Made by a program: the position numbers and the translations under genes. Shown here piece after piece: positions 12,127-25,004 of a stretch of 64,000 nt of DNA. The stretch lies in assembly GCA_964234715.1 (NCBI GenBank), contig OZ174290.1. One strand, 5' to 3'. The notes under the pieces are model-generated. The model made no database searches. It was not told where the DNA came from and saw nothing but the letters and a program-made list of their open reading frames with translations. The number at the start of each line of letters is the position of its first letter. The first letter of the stretch is position 1. This DNA comes from Podarcis melisellensis (Eukaryota).

Positions 12127-12261
12127 CAAAAGATGCATAGGTGAGGCTGGTGCAGTTGAATTCGTCGCTCCCATCCGGGCAGTTGTGCCAGCCATCGCAC
12201 ACCAACGCCTGAGACAGGCACTCGCCATTTCTGCAGGAGAAATCCAGGGGGCTGCATGTTT
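12127..12261 (-). CDS. MFRP: MFRP exon 11 (LDLa 2)
   Basis: [44 protein letters not shown]; G|gtaagc; 135 nt. Confidence 0.95.
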
Positions 12262-12312
12262 CTGGAGAGGGGTTGAGAAAGGCAAGAGAGAGGACAGCAG
12301 AAGTATTAGGTA

Positions 12313-12573
12313 CCGTATTTTTTGCTCTATAAGACTCATTTTTTCCCTCCTAAAAAGTAAGGGGAAATGTGTGTGTGTCTTATGGAGCGAATGCAGTCTG
12401 CGCAGCTATCCCAGAAGCCAGAACAGCAAGAGGGATTGTTGCTTTCACTGCGCAGTGATCCCTCTTGCTGTTCCGGCTTCTGAGATTCAGAATATTTTTT
12501 TTTTCTTGTTTTCCTCCTCCAAAAACTAGGTGCGTCTTGTGGTCTGGTGCGTCTTATAGAGCGAAAAATACGG
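12313..12573. mobile_element. Tc1/mariner-pogo (Tigger-like) MITE
   Basis: TIR CCGTATTTTT(T/C)GCTCTATAAGAC, TA TSD; truncated copy at about 1063-1309. Confidence 0.8.
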
Positions 12574-13960
12574 TAGACAACACCCTGCTAAATGGCAGCG
12601 TCAGCATTAAGGGATGGGGAACTTCTAAAGCAACATGCGACTGCTTTAACACAAACTTATTTTAATTCACCTCTGCAAGGCTTACTTTCCCCCCCTTAAT
12701 CTACATGTCAACACAGATAGCATCATTATATAGTTTTGTCACAAAATGGCCACTAAATCTGGGTAGGGGAGCCTGGAATTCCCAGTTGCTTTTCTTCTTT
12801 CAGAGAAACTTGAAAATTCTTCCAAAGCGTAAAGGGAATAATTTGGCCCACGAGAAGCACTTGGATGGTACTCTGTCCTGGAACTCCTCATCATTTGATG
12901 AGGAAGCAAGGAACTTGGGGTGGGGGGTGGGATTAGATTTTGTTTGTCTCTTAATGAGAAACTACCTGATTTGCACTTCCTGAAGCAATGCACAAAATGA
13001 AACACAGCTGTCCTGTGAAATTCACCCTTCTCCAAATCTTGCGATGCAATATATTAAAGGAAAGTGTTCATAAAAGACACGCCTTTATGAAGACAATTAA
13101 TTGTATTAGGAAAAATTGCTTGCAAAAAATGTGCACATTAGTCAAAACTGCATCCAAAAATGCATTTATTTGGGGAAATTTGCACTAAAATACTGATAAA
13201 TTTTCATGAGCTTTTTGTTCTTTTAGTGCAAATTGCTGTGGAAATGTGTTGACCTTTGCATAAGATTATAAGAACAAGAAAGGGAGATAAAGTGAAATTG
13301 ACAGATTCATCCATGCCTAGTGTGTGCAGTTGTACAGTTTAGCAGTTCACAAGTTTGGCCTGGAGTCAGATGTGAGTTTTCCTCTAATCACATGAGAACG
13401 AAAGCTTTGAGGTCAGTGGCATTCCCGCTTAGAGATTTCCCTCTCCCCTGGATGGAATTTTCGTGCTGTAAGGCTAAGTAGTAATTATGGAAAACAACAA
13501 ACACACACAGAAAAACCCTAACTGCCAAAATGTATGTAATCCCAGGAGGACTAGAGTTTGAGAACAAACAAATGCAGTCCTTCCCAAGAGATGACCCCCC
13601 CCGCCCCCGCCCCCAGATCCAGCACCATCAGTGCCACCTCGAGGCTTTTATGAATGAGGCCCCTCCTCAAAGCTCCATGACTGACGTGGCAGAAAGCAGG
13701 AGTTTTTCTGCTATTAGGGAAGTAGCTTCTTATGGGTGGCAGCTGGCCCCCTTCATAACCCTCTGCCTGAATATTCCTTCTTTCATCCCCCCCCACCTTG
13801 TTTTCATTTTAAGAAAAAGCATGCTTCTAGGCAGAGGAGCATGCAGAGGCAGAAGAGAAAATGTGTGGATAGCAGTGCAGTGCAGACTGGTCCCATTAGG
13901 GCAAATGGGAGATGACCCTATCAGCCTCAATCTGACCTCAGCTAGCCCCTACCCTACGCT

Positions 13961-14213
13961 GGTGAGCCAGCGTGGTGTAGTGGTTCAGAGCGGTGGACTC
14001 GTAATCTGGTGAACCGGGTTCGCTTCCCCGCTCCTCCACATGCAGCTGCTGGGTGACCTTGGGCCAGTCACACTTCTCTGAAGTCTCTCAGCCCCACTCA
14101 CCTCACAGAGTGATTGTTGTGGGGGAGGAAGGGAAAGGAGGATGTTAGCCGCTTTGAGACTCCTTAGGGTAGTGATAAAGCGGGATATCAAATCCAAACT
14201 CTTCTTCTTCTTC
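13961..14213 (+). mobile_element. tRNA-derived SINE with (CTT)n tail (Squam3-like)
   Basis: A-box-like tggtgtagtgg, B-box-like ggttcgcttcc, tail aaactcttcttcttcttc; near-identical copies at 9455-9855 and 26027-26264. Confidence 0.8.
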
Positions 14214-15119
14214 TACCTGCCTGCCTTCTTACTTATAAGCAGTCCTGTCAACCTCCTCCTCAGTCTCAGCGCTGCCCTTGTAGAACTCAGCAGAGAGGAG
14301 GATAGAGACAAGACCAGAATGAGCTGGATCTGCCTGACATGGGCTCTGTCTCTTATCCATCATTGGCTCTGGCACCACCAACTGTTGGCCTCCCGTATTG
14401 CAGCCCTACCAGTCACAGTGGAGACCAGACACTGTGACTTCTAACACTTCCTGTTAACAGAGACAGAAGGGAAGGCCAGCAGTCATTTGGGGAGCAGGGA
14501 TGATGTCCCACCCTCACTTATTCAACAGCAAGGAAAACATTTCCCGACCCTCCGCATGGATTTTCTCAGAGAAAAAGCCCACCCAACATGCTGATAAGGA
14601 GAGGAAGAGCAGGAGGTTATGCCAGCATGCACATCTAAGGGTCAAGCTACCGTTCTTGATTTGAAAGATTCCAAAGTCCCTTTGCTGCAAACAACCGTAA
14701 TGTTACGGAAGAGTGCGCAAGCTTCTGGGTGCACCAGAATGCTTCACCAGGCTGGATATCAAGGCTGGGACTGGTGGTGAGGTAGGGGGAAAAACATGGC
14801 CTAGTTTTAAAACCACAATGTCTTTATAGTTCAACCTCCCCCTCCCCCCCCCCAATTTAAGGAAGTTTGGCTGGAATCCCAGAGCTCTGGAAAAGTGTCT
14901 TCTCTTTATAATGGGAGGCAACAATTTTAAAAGGGGAGGGTGCCTCTGAGGATGGGCAGAGTGCTGCCCCTTTCTGAGGCCCACGTGGGGAGGGGGGAAG
15001 CTCCAGGAGCTAATGTGTAAGCAGGGGCTGGTGGTAAACAAATGTTGAAGAGAGAGCTGGCTGGCCCATTCTACCTCAGCTGGCGGTAGACAAAGGTGCC
15101 AGGAGCCACCATCACCTAC

Positions 15120-15250
15120 TTTCCGTGGCGTTGTGGGCATGGTAAGTGGCAAAGAACCCGTTGTCAGCTATTCCTTCGTCCGCCACAAAGAGGACTGTCA
15201 TGACGTGCTGTGAGGAGGTCAGGACAGGGGGCAAGTTAGAGCTGCAGAAC
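15120..15250 (-). CDS. MFRP: MFRP exon 10 (end of CUB2)
   Basis: FCSSNLPPVLTSSQHVMTVLFVADEGIADNGFFATYHAHNATE; ttgcag| ... A|gtaggt; 131 nt. Confidence 0.95.
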
Positions 15251-16636
15251 CTGCAAAAAGAGGAAGGGGAAACTGACTTTTAACAAAACACCCAATTCTA
15301 AATATGGGGATACACACACACACACACACACACACACCTGCTGTTGTTTGGGGTTGGTTATCTGGAGGCAAAGCAAGCACTGACTGAGCAGACAGACTAT
15401 GGATGCCCAGCCAGAGAGAGAAGTCTGGCTTTGCATGAGGTGATGAATCACTCTGATTAAGGACCAGATCAGGATCAGAGGCTTTACAACTGGGGTCTGT
15501 AGTAAAATGTTGCGGCGTGAAATGCTCCTGCTCAGGGTTCCAAACATAATATGTTCTAGGGTACTCTATTCCATTCCTCTTCTACCTGGTTTTCCATTCC
15601 TGTCCATATTAAGCATTCTGTTCCCACTGAGCATGCTCAGTATTCTACGGGCTTGAGTGTGTTTTATTTTGGAGGGGTTCTCCTTTAATTTCCTCTCACC
15701 CCTTTAAATAAATCACACCCTGCAAGTGCGCTGGAAAAACTGGGACATTCCCGTGAGAGCTTGGTGGCCATTTTGGATGCTGTGATATCACACAATTTCA
15801 CGCACAGATATTGGCCAGAAAAAATGCTTTTATTGGGGCTATGGTCTCAATGTGGCATCTTTTAGTCTCTGTGATCTCGCACGGATCACATGACTTGGTG
15901 TGGAAGCACAGATGGGAAGATGTGCATCCCAGTTTGGGGACTCAAGATGCTGGAGGGATATATATGGCAATTCTGCACATATTGGGGTTTCCCCCGAAAG
16001 ACCTGATCACCCGCTCTTGAGAGTGGATGGTGCCATTGGGACTACAAAAGGATCAACACTCAGAAAATGAGTTTGCTATTTGCATATAGGATAGAGCAAG
16101 GAAGACCTGATTGGTCCTTTTGTGTCACCTGAGTGCTGCCACACTGGTTACTGTGCTAGGGGTTTCTGGATTGCAGCATAGACCTAGGCCAGAGGCTCCC
16201 TCTTCTGGTGAAAACCTTCCATTGAAATGTGAATACAGGGAAAGGCATTGTGGGGGAAGCAGAGAGGAAAAAGGCATTTCTCCCTCAGTCAAAATGTTAG
16301 AACCTATGGAATTCTGATGAAGTCAAAGGTTGGAAGACTTAGGACAGGCAGATGGAAGGACTTCTTCACATGGTGCAGGGCTAAATCACAGAATTCACGG
16401 TGACAAGATGTAGTGATGGCCATCAATCTGGATGGCTTTAAAAGAGGACTTCTCATCTGGTTGACCATGGAAATAGGACACTGGATTGGACTGGCCCCCT
16501 TTGGCCCGATTCTGCAGTCAGGCTCTCCATATATTTTCATGAAACTTCTGGGAATTGTTGGGTTCTGACCATGGTAACAGTTTGAATTCGCTACCGTTAC
16601 TGGGAGGTGAGTGGGTGGGATGAAAGACCACCATAC

Positions 16637-16785
16637 CTGCCCATGACGCTGGTTGCTCCCATCCCAGCGCTGTCGTACACCTCCACAAAGTCATAGTTGC
16701 ACTCCTCCTGGGACTCAAGGCTGAAGTTGTGGAAATGCAAGTCCACCACATGGCCCACAGGCACTGAGATATGCCAGAGGCAGAG
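16637..16785 (-). CDS. MFRP: MFRP exon 9 (CUB2)
   Basis: LCLWHISVPVGHVVDLHFHNFSLESQEECNYDFVEVYDSAGMGATSVMGR; 149 nt. Confidence 0.95.
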
Positions 16786-18406
16786 CTGGAAGACAAAGGC
16801 AGGTCTGGGAGGTCTACTGTACATGATAGGGGAGCTCCTAGCGTGGCTCAGCCTGGCGGTATAAGAGCTGGACTATGGAGGGTTTCTTTCTACTCAGATT
16901 TCAGGTTCCTAGGAAGCCATCTTATTCTGAGTCGGACCATTGGACCATTTAGCTCAGTATTGTCTGCTCTGGCTGGCAGCAGCTCTCCTGGGACATCTCC
17001 TGCCTTCTCAGAGACATGCAGGAAACTGCCTTATCCCAAGCTCAGCGTTGTCTGCAATGATTGGAAGCTGCTCTCCAGGGTTTCAGGCAGGGAGTTCTCT
17101 CCCAGACCTTCCTGGGGATACTGGGGAGACCACCAATGGCTGGGGCTCATTGATTCTGGTGGGGCAGGTGGCAGAGTCTGTGAGAGGCACAGACAACTAG
17201 TCTCTAGTTCTGCCTCCATCCTCCCCGCTGCTGACTTTCAAAACTGAAGCCGTTGATCAGTGAGAAAGATGGGGAGCTCATCCCATCAACTTTGCCATAA
17301 GACCAGCTATATCAGGCTCCTCCTGCTGCTAAACTGTGACAGCAGGTCATTACAGAGCAACCAGAACCAGTGCTTGAGTTTTAGTTTTTCTTGTTCCTTT
17401 CTCTTGTGTGTCATGTTTTGTTTTGTTTTAAGATTGTAAGCTTGCAAGAAGACTGTCTTGCTTTAATAGGCTTTATGTAAGCCACTCTAGGTGTGCCTTT
17501 GGCTGAAGAATGGGGCACAAATGCTCTAAATAAAATAAAACAAAAAGTAAACAAACAGTGAGACCAAATAGGAGGAAGCTGATGGTCCGTGCTGTCCACT
17601 GGGCTGGAAGTAAGTAAGAAGACAGGCATATATATGGGGGTTCATAAGGAGCAGGCTGAGGTTGTTATGACAATGTCCCATTTGCCCCAATGGACAAACC
17701 TCCATTGCTGGGGGCTGAACCTACCGGGGAACTTCTACATGCAAGGCTGAAGCTCTGCTAATGAGCTACAGTCCTTTCCCCCAAGCACAAATTTAGGTTC
17801 TGGAACTTTGCTACATTTTGAACTTGTGTGCAAACGTCATTCCAGCCCAAGGGCTGGGCAGAGATTCTTTTACATGTGATTCTTCCCCTCTCAGCAATGC
17901 AATAAGCCTCTAACAATACAGAGGTGGAGAATCTTAACATTCCCATGCAAGCATTCATCCAGGAGCTACATTCTGCCACTAGGGTGGGCCAAAGCCTTTA
18001 ATGTTTGATGCATTACGGTGTTTTGATATTTTGTTGGAAGTCGCCCAGAGTGGCTGGGGAAGCCCAGCCAGATGGGCGGGGTATAAATAATAAATTATTA
18101 TTCTATTACTATTATAAAGCCACATTTACACATCCATCCCATTCACATGGCCACATTTATTATTAGAGGATTGCAGGGTCTGAACTACCATGTGTGCTCT
18201 ACTGAAAATTTCTCAAAAGTCCCACAGTTGCAGTGGCTTTCCAAGAACTGACACTGGACTGCTTCAGATTCTGCCACTTATTAGGGCATTGCATTGCTGC
18301 AAGGTAAAAGCATCACTGCCCAGCTCTGTTGGGTGCATGCAAGGTAGTGTAGGGCAGGATGCGTCCCCCTGCTCTGGTCAACAATACATCTCAAGTCGCC
18401 ACTCAC

Positions 18407-18483
18407 CTGCAGATGTGGGTATGGCTGTGGGTAATTTGGGGAGAATAATTGCCCTTCCATGCTGGTGAGGGTACCCCCACATC
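18407..18483 (-). CDS. MFRP: MFRP exon 8 (start of CUB2)
   Basis: GCGGTLTSMEGQLFSPNYPQPYPHLQ; ttacag| ... CAG|gtgagt; 77 nt. Confidence 0.95.
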
Positions 18484-18548
18484 CTGTAAGGAAACACAAC
18501 ATATTGTGGTGATGGATGGGCTTGCATTATTGGCACCAGAGAGAAGGA

Positions 18549-18550
<2 letters not shown>

Positions 18551-18613
<63 letters not shown>
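18551..18613. repeat. (CT)n microsatellite
   Basis: About 30 perfect units, roughly 70 nt upstream of the MFRP exon 8 acceptor. Confidence 0.95.
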
Positions 18614-18614
<1 letters not shown>

Positions 18615-18754
18615 TTCTCTCCTTTCTCTTTTCCTATTGTACTTTCCTTCTTCTCACAATGAGAGGCAAATTCTTTGCAACTCCCATAGCTATTTCAGAT
18701 GAAAAACAGGACAGCGGTCCTACACTCTTAATAGTTGTGCAGCGATACTGCTGA

Positions 18755-19338
18755 ACTACTACTACTACTACTACTACTAATTTATTTATACCCCGCCCAT
18801 CTGGCTGAGTCTCCCCAGCCACTCTGGGCGGCTCCCAATCAAATGTTAAAAACAATACAGCATTAAATATTAAAAACTTCCCTAAACAGGGCTGCCTTCA
18901 GATGTCTTTTAAAGATAGGATAGCTGCTTATTTCCTTCACATCTGAAGGGAGGGTGTTCCATAGGGTGGGCGCCACTACCGAGAAGGCCCTCTGTCTGGT
19001 TCCCTGTAACCTCACTTCTTGCAATGAGGGAACCGCCAGAAGGCCCTCGGCACTGGATCTCAGTGTCCGGGCTGAACGATGGAGGTGGAGACGCTCCTTC
19101 AGGTATACAGGACCGATGGTATACAGGGGGCTTTAAAGGTCAGCACCAACACTTTGAATTGTGCTCGGAAACGTACTGGGAGCCAATGCAGATCTCTCAG
19201 GACCGGTGTTATGTGGTCCCGGCAGCCGCTCTCAGTCACCAGTCTAGCTGCTGCATTCTGGATTAATTGCAGTTTCCAGGTCACCTTCAAAGGTAGCCCT
19301 ACGTAGAGTGCATTGCAGTAGTCCAAGTGGGAGATAAC
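18755..19338 (-). mobile_element. L2-clade LINE 3' fragment
   Basis: DYCNALYVGLP...LQLIQNAAARLV...HITPVLRDLHWLPVRFRAQFKVLVLTFKA, with an (AGT)n tail. Short 3'-end copies at about 17995-18115, 23590-23820 and 31765-32055. Confidence 0.85.
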
Positions 19339-20035
19339 TCCTCATTTCCAGCATGTTCACTCAGATTCCAGTAACAGATTTGGGAACCTGGCCAAACCAC
19401 TTCACATAGAAGCCCCCTCCCCAAATCTATTTTGAAACAGACAGTGCTAAGCCCACCCCCCTCCTGTGTCTGAACTATTATTTTAGAGCAGTATCATATC
19501 ACTTTAAACAGTATAGTATGGTAAGAGTGATGAGAGTTAAGCAACCACCTATTTCCCTCGCAGAGCAACAATTTCCAGAGTGGTTTAACAGTCAATCGCT
19601 TTTCTGAAGGAACTCTGGAAATGGTAGCTCTGAGAGGGTTAGAATTAGTTGGAATGCCTCCCTCTCAGCAATGTAAGTGGTGGAGTAGATAGAGCGCCAC
19701 CTCTTATACTTCCGCTGCCTGAGGTGGCTGCTTCACCTTGTGTCATGGTTGGGCTGGCTCTGGTCGGAGATTAGCCCTGGGGACAATCCCATGCATTTGC
19801 CTGAGAGGTGCAAATTAGGTCAGGTCCAGTAAAAACATGGACCAGAATAAAGAGAAATTCTGGATATTCTTAACTGCTCCACCCATAGAAAGGGAAGCTC
19901 ACAATTTGGTTTGGAGCTCATTTCTCCAGTATTTGCATTTGCCTCCCCTTTGCAATGCCTTCCCACCAATAATTCTTCTGCCACTGCCCCACAGCAACAT
20001 TGGGGGTCAGCTGCGCTGGCTGTTGCAGACTGTAC

Positions 20036-20161
20036 CTTTGTGCTTTGTGCTACAGTTGGCTTCATCTCTCTTGTCATGGCAGTCGTGATAACCGTCACAC
20101 ACGTAGGCCGAGTGGAGGCAGAGCCCCTGGTCACAGAGAAACTCATCCCAGGAACAGTTCT
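20036..20161 (-). CDS. MFRP: MFRP exon 7 (LDLa 1)
   Basis: NCSWDEFLCDQGLCLHSAYVCDGYHDCHDKRDEANCSTKHK; 126 nt. Confidence 0.95.
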
Positions 20162-20343
20162 CTGGAAGAGACAAACACCCCTGGAGGACAAGAAGCTAAG
20201 GATTCCAACTGGCTTGAGACTTGTTTTGGAACTGGTCAAAAGCGCCATCTCATTGAAATGAATGAGCCTAACTTAGGTTAGGTTCATCACACTGAAATGA
20301 ACAATCCTAATTTAGTCTTCTCCATTAGCTTCAATGGGTCTAG

Positions 20344-20646
20344 GTAAAGGTAAAGGGACCCCTGACCATTAGGTCCAGTTGTGGCCGACTCTGGGGTTGC
20401 GGCGCTCATCTCGCTTTACTGGCTGAGGGAGCCGGCGTACAGCTTCCGGGTCATGTGGCCAGCATGACTAGGCCACTTCTGGCGAACCAGAGCAGCGCAC
20501 AGAAACGCCGTTTGCCTTCCCGCTGGAGTGGTACCTATTTATCTACTTGCATTTTGTCATGCTTTTGAACTGCTAGGAGCAGGGACCAAGCAACAGGAGC
20601 TCACCCCATCGCAGGGATTCGAACCGCCGACCTTCTGATTGGCAAG
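20344..20646 (-). mobile_element. Sauria SINE, 5'-truncated
   Basis: Reverse-complement consensus; TSD tcaatgggtctag (20331-20343 / 20647-20659). Confidence 0.9.
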
Positions 20647-20797
20647 TCAATGGGTCTAGCAACCAAGTAATAATACATTCCCCAAATCACCAGCACTACC
20701 CAGGACTTGGAATAAAACATTTGGAAGGATCTCTTTCAACCCCCTAAGAGAATTGCTCTCTGCCCATGCCCCCTCCACACCACCTGGATTCACTTAC

Positions 20798-20928
20798 TTT
20801 CACTGGGCAGAACGGCCCGATACCAGGCGGTGAAGCCTGAGGGAGCAATGTTGTCATCTGAGACAAAGATGACCTGAAGCTGGCTGGAGTTGGTGTTGAT
20901 CGTTGCCGGTGCCACAGAGCCACAGTAC
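20798..20928 (-). CDS. MFRP: MFRP exon 6 (CUB1, C-terminal half)
   Basis: YCGSVAPATINTNSSQLQVIFVSDDNIAPSGFTAWYRAVLPSE; ttgcag| ... A|gtaagt; 131 nt. Confidence 0.95.
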
Positions 20929-21123
20929 CTGCAAAAGCCACCTGTTTAAAAAGGGAGCCAAGGGAAAAATAGCTAGTGCTTTCCCATGGCCCCCTGGGAG
21001 GGAAAAGGGGTGGGAATGGTCAGAGGATATATCCTGCCCTTCCTCCCAAAGGACAGAGCAGCAAAACAGTGCACTTAAAAATAAAGTCAATTCGAAATAA
21101 ACCATAGGACGATGGCACTTTAC

Positions 21124-21352
21124 CTGGTACTCCCATCCCACAATGAGGAAGCGTCCTGCTCCTTGAATATCTCCAGCCGGTCGTACAGGCATGAGGCAGA
21201 ACTCTCAATGTCTAGCTCCTCCACCTTCAGCTGGATCGCCATCCCTGCCGTCACCCGGATGTGCCACTTGCACAAGATGTTTGGGGGGTAGGGAGCTGGG
21301 TAGTTGGGGGAGCTGAAGGTGCCCTTGGGGCCAAGCAGGATTCCTCCACATA
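21124..21352 (-). CDS. MFRP: MFRP exon 5 (CUB1, N-terminal half)
   Basis: [61 protein letters not shown]...; AG|gtaaag. Confidence 0.95.
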
Positions 21353-21886
21353 CTGTACGTGGGGAAAACAACAACAACAACAACGATAACACTGTTAAGT
21401 TGTGGGTGAACATATCAGGCGACACAGCGGTTCTTCAAACAGCTCTTGTTTATTCACAAACCCAGAACAGAACTGAACTGAAGGGTTCAGCCAACCTGCT
21501 TATATAGAGCTCCACTACAACGCAACAGTAACAACTTTCTGTATCTATCCAATCACTGAACGTCACTTTCAATTCCTTATTTGCATATGTGGACCTGAGT
21601 GAAAACTATCTACAGTATCCCCCTGTTGGCCCAGGGTGAGAACTTCAGTACACAACAGACACGTCGAGTGGATTTACAGCAGGAATGGGTAATCCTTTGC
21701 AGACTGAGGGCCACATTCCCTTCTGGGCAACTTTCCAGGGGCCACTTGTCAGGGGTGGGTAACAGAGTCTCAACTCTGTGACTGTTCATTGTACCAAATG
21801 GAAAGCAGCCCCCCCCCCACAATGGGTAGGGCTCATGCTTCTAAAGGCGGGCAGGGAAACAACTCTGACATCAGCTGTCTACTCAC

Positions 21887-22048
21887 GAGGTGCTGGCGTT
21901 GTGGTGACAGGCGACTCTCCTCCCAGGGACAGCGTCCCTGTGGGCTGGGGGCTTGGTGAGGTCCTGGTGATGGGAGTTGAGGTAGCGGTGATGGTGTGGG
22001 CATGAGAAGCCCCGAGCGAGGGTTTGACAGGATGGTGGGACTTCAGCT
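21887..22048 (-). CDS. MFRP: MFRP exon 4 (Ser/Thr/Pro-rich stalk)
   Basis: QLKSHHPVKPSLGASHAHTITATSTPITRTSPSPQPTGTLSLGGESPVTTTPAP; CAGCAG acceptor; C|gtgagt; phase 1-1. Confidence 0.85.
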
Positions 22049-22668
22049 CTGCTGCCATAGAAAGAGAATTTACAAGGGATGAGAAGAGCTGCAATGGGAA
22101 AGGAGGTTTGCCTCTCCACCCTCAAGCAGAGTTAGGAAGCTGCTTTATTCAGAACCAGACCTTTGGCCCATCTACAGTGGACCAAATGTACATTCAAAGC
22201 ACATCCAACATGCATTTGAAGCACATTGCTTCCCCTCCAAAGAACCCAGGGAACCGTGGTTTGTTAAAGATGCTGAGAACTGCAGCTCTGTAAGGGGGGA
22301 AACTACACTTCACTGGGGGGCGGGGAGCAGTGTGAGTCATTAGATCCCTGTCCAATCACTGAGGACTTCATGAGAGCCACCATGGCCCAGCCTGTGCTAT
22401 AAATTTAAAGTGGTATTATGCCACTTGGAACAACCATGGCGTCCCCTAGATAATCTTGGGAACTGTGGTTTGTTATGGGTGCTGAGAGTTGGACAAGAGA
22501 CCCACAACGTGGCTCAGACACACAGCTCATATCCAATGTTGTGGGCCTACTTTTATGAACCTCCTTTCCAGCTGAGCTCAGAGAGGCCCCTCTCCCCGTT
22601 GAATCTACAGTGCTTACTGAAGACTTCCTTAAAAACCCCAGAAGGCATTTTAACTGAATTTCATAGTT

Positions 22669-22914
22669 GGTTTTTTTAAATTTTAAATTTTTATTGGAAA
22701 TTTTACTTACAACATAACATAAACCCCCACCCCCAATACAGAAATCCACCCTCATAAAACATGAACGTAACATACAATAAACATAACATACAACAATACA
22801 AACAACCAAATAAAAGACTTCCTTTATCCTGTATCTGGCTATTTAAGTTATAATTAGTAAAATCTTAATAATTATTCATAAACAGCTTATAAGAAGTAAA
22901 TAAGGAGGCCAGAT
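22669..22914 (-). mobile_element. L1/Tx1-like 3' end retrocopy
   Basis: AATAAA plus A-rich tail on the minus strand; 16-bp TSD actgaatttcatagtt (22653-22668 / 22915-22930). Confidence 0.7.
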
Positions 22915-23226
22915 ACTGAATTTCATAGTTTTAACTGATTTTCATCTTGCACTGAGTCCTTGTACACGACTTTGAAACTATGGCAACTAAACAGGATGTA
23001 AATTGCCAAGACAAATGCAGTAAACAACTAAATAAATATAGAAAACATCTGGAGGGCACCATGTTGACTATCCCTGCTTCTATTAGATCTTCCAGCTCTG
23101 CCTTAAAAGGGGGGGGAGGGGGGTTGGTTGGTTGATGAGGGCAGAAAGAAGTACTTTTTGGGGAAAGCAGGAGGGGCCCACCCCCTCTGGAGGAATTCTG
23201 GACAGGTCTTGGTGCCTGGAACTTAC

Positions 23227-23358
23227 GGGAGGCGATGATGATGCCCACTAATAAGGCCAGGAGGAGGAGAAGCACCGTGCTGAGAATGGCCACGCAGAGC
23301 CAGGAGAACTTGCAGTCTGGCTTGAACTTCCTGCTTGCCATGTCCCGGACCTGTTGGG
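23227..23358 (-). CDS. MFRP: MFRP exon 3 (transmembrane helix)
   Basis: QQVRDMASRKFKPDCKFSWLCVAILSTVLLLLLALLVGIIIAS (human [21 protein letters not shown]); donor C|gtaagt; alternative acceptor at 23350. Confidence 0.92.
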
Positions 23359-23534
23359 CTGCAGGCACAGGAGTGGAGAGTCACAGTCATGGCACAGAAA
23401 CCTCCCAGCATCCTCCCCTGTACCACCACCACCACCACACTACCCTGCAACAGGAACATAGGAAGTTGCCTCAGACAAGTGAAGTTATTTGGCCATCTAG
23501 CTAGCTAGCTAGCTAGCTTGCTTGCTTGTTTGTT

Positions 23535-23567
<33 letters not shown>

Positions 23568-23959
23568 TCATTGCATTGCATCCACCAGATGACATTGCAT
23601 CCACCAGATGTCAAAGAGAAAAATAACTACCAAACTTTTAAAAGACATCTGAAGGCAGCCCTGTTTAGGGAAGCTTTTAATGTTTAATAGGTTATTGTAT
23701 TTTAGTGTTTTGTTGGAAGCTGCCCAGAGTGGCTGGGGGGACCCAGCCAGATGGGCGGGGCATAAATAATAAATTATTATTATATTATTATTACTATTAT
23801 ATTATTATTACTATTATTAGCACCGAAGTCAGTTTGCAGTTTTAAAAAGTGGTAAGATGCTAAATGGTAGTGGTGGGTGAGGAGCAGGTAACAGTTCTGA
23901 CTGGATCAGTCCCTGATGTTACCTATGACTGCATCCTGCAAATGCTTCTTCTGTAGCTT

Positions 23960-24446
23960 TGTGCTGCCATCTGCCTTATTGCAGGGCAGATTTGAGGCTA
24001 AACCATACGCGGAATGAGTCTGCCCCTGTGGCTTGATCGAGGTAGAAACTGTCTTCCATGCCTTGTTACGCTGCCGTTTCTATGAGGATAAACACTCGGT
24101 ATATATTACCCCCGCTATGCAAAAATGTCCAAATGAATCTGAACTTCAATGACTAAAATCCCTGGTAGAGGACAAGGATCCTTAGATCGCATTACGGGTA
24201 GCCAAATTCTGTGTGTTTTCCATAAAACTTAGGGGACAAGCTGTACTATCATAATGATTAAAAATGATAATTTTAGGTTATATTTTAGTTATGAAGTTTT
24301 AATTTATATATTTTTTAACTGTTGCTATATCTGTATTGTCCCTGTTATACCGAATTGCAAATTCAAATGTATCCCTATCATGTTTTATGACATCCTTGAT
24401 ATTGTATGTGGGCTGGAACTGGTCTGTGACCGAAATAATAAATTCA
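23960..24446 (+). mobile_element. RTE-X-like LINE 3' fragment
   Basis: PSALLQGRF...CPCGLIEVETVFHALLRCRFY (CCHC knuckle); tail aataaattcattc; 14-bp TSD ttcttctgtagctt. Confidence 0.7.
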
Positions 24447-24649
24447 TTCTTCTGTAGCTTAGCAGCACTGCTTGCTACTCTTGGTTGGCAGTTTCTCCAT
24501 CACTGACTGTCTCCTGGGAATCTCCCTTGTCCTCAGGCTACATCCTTCATTGTCCCTGCCTTGCACCCTCCTCAAGTGTTTCTGTCTGGCTGGAATGTGT
24601 CCTTGAACTCTGAAGGTGATTCTTGCTTGCTTTGATGCTGGAGGATGTA

Positions 24650-25004
24650 AAGGTAAAGGTAAAGGGAACCCTGACCATTAGGTCCAGTCGTGACCGACTC
24701 TGGGGTTGAGCGCTCATCTCGCTCTATAGGCCGAGGGAGCCAGCGTTCAGCTTCCGGGTCATGTGGCCAGCATGACTAAGCCGCTTCTGGCGAACCAGAG
24801 CAGCACACGGAAACGCTGTTTACCTTCCTGCCAGAGCGGTACTTATTTATCTACTTGCACATGACATGCTTTCGAACTGCTAGGTTGGCAGGAGCAGGGA
24901 CCGAGCAACGGGAGCTCACCCCGCCACGGGGATTCGAACCGCTGACCTTCTGATCGGCAAGTCCTAGGCTCTGCGGTTTAACCCACAGCGCCACCCACGT
25001 CCCG
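24650..25004 (-). mobile_element. Sauria SINE
   Basis: Full-length reverse copy; flanking aggatgta repeat. Confidence 0.9.
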
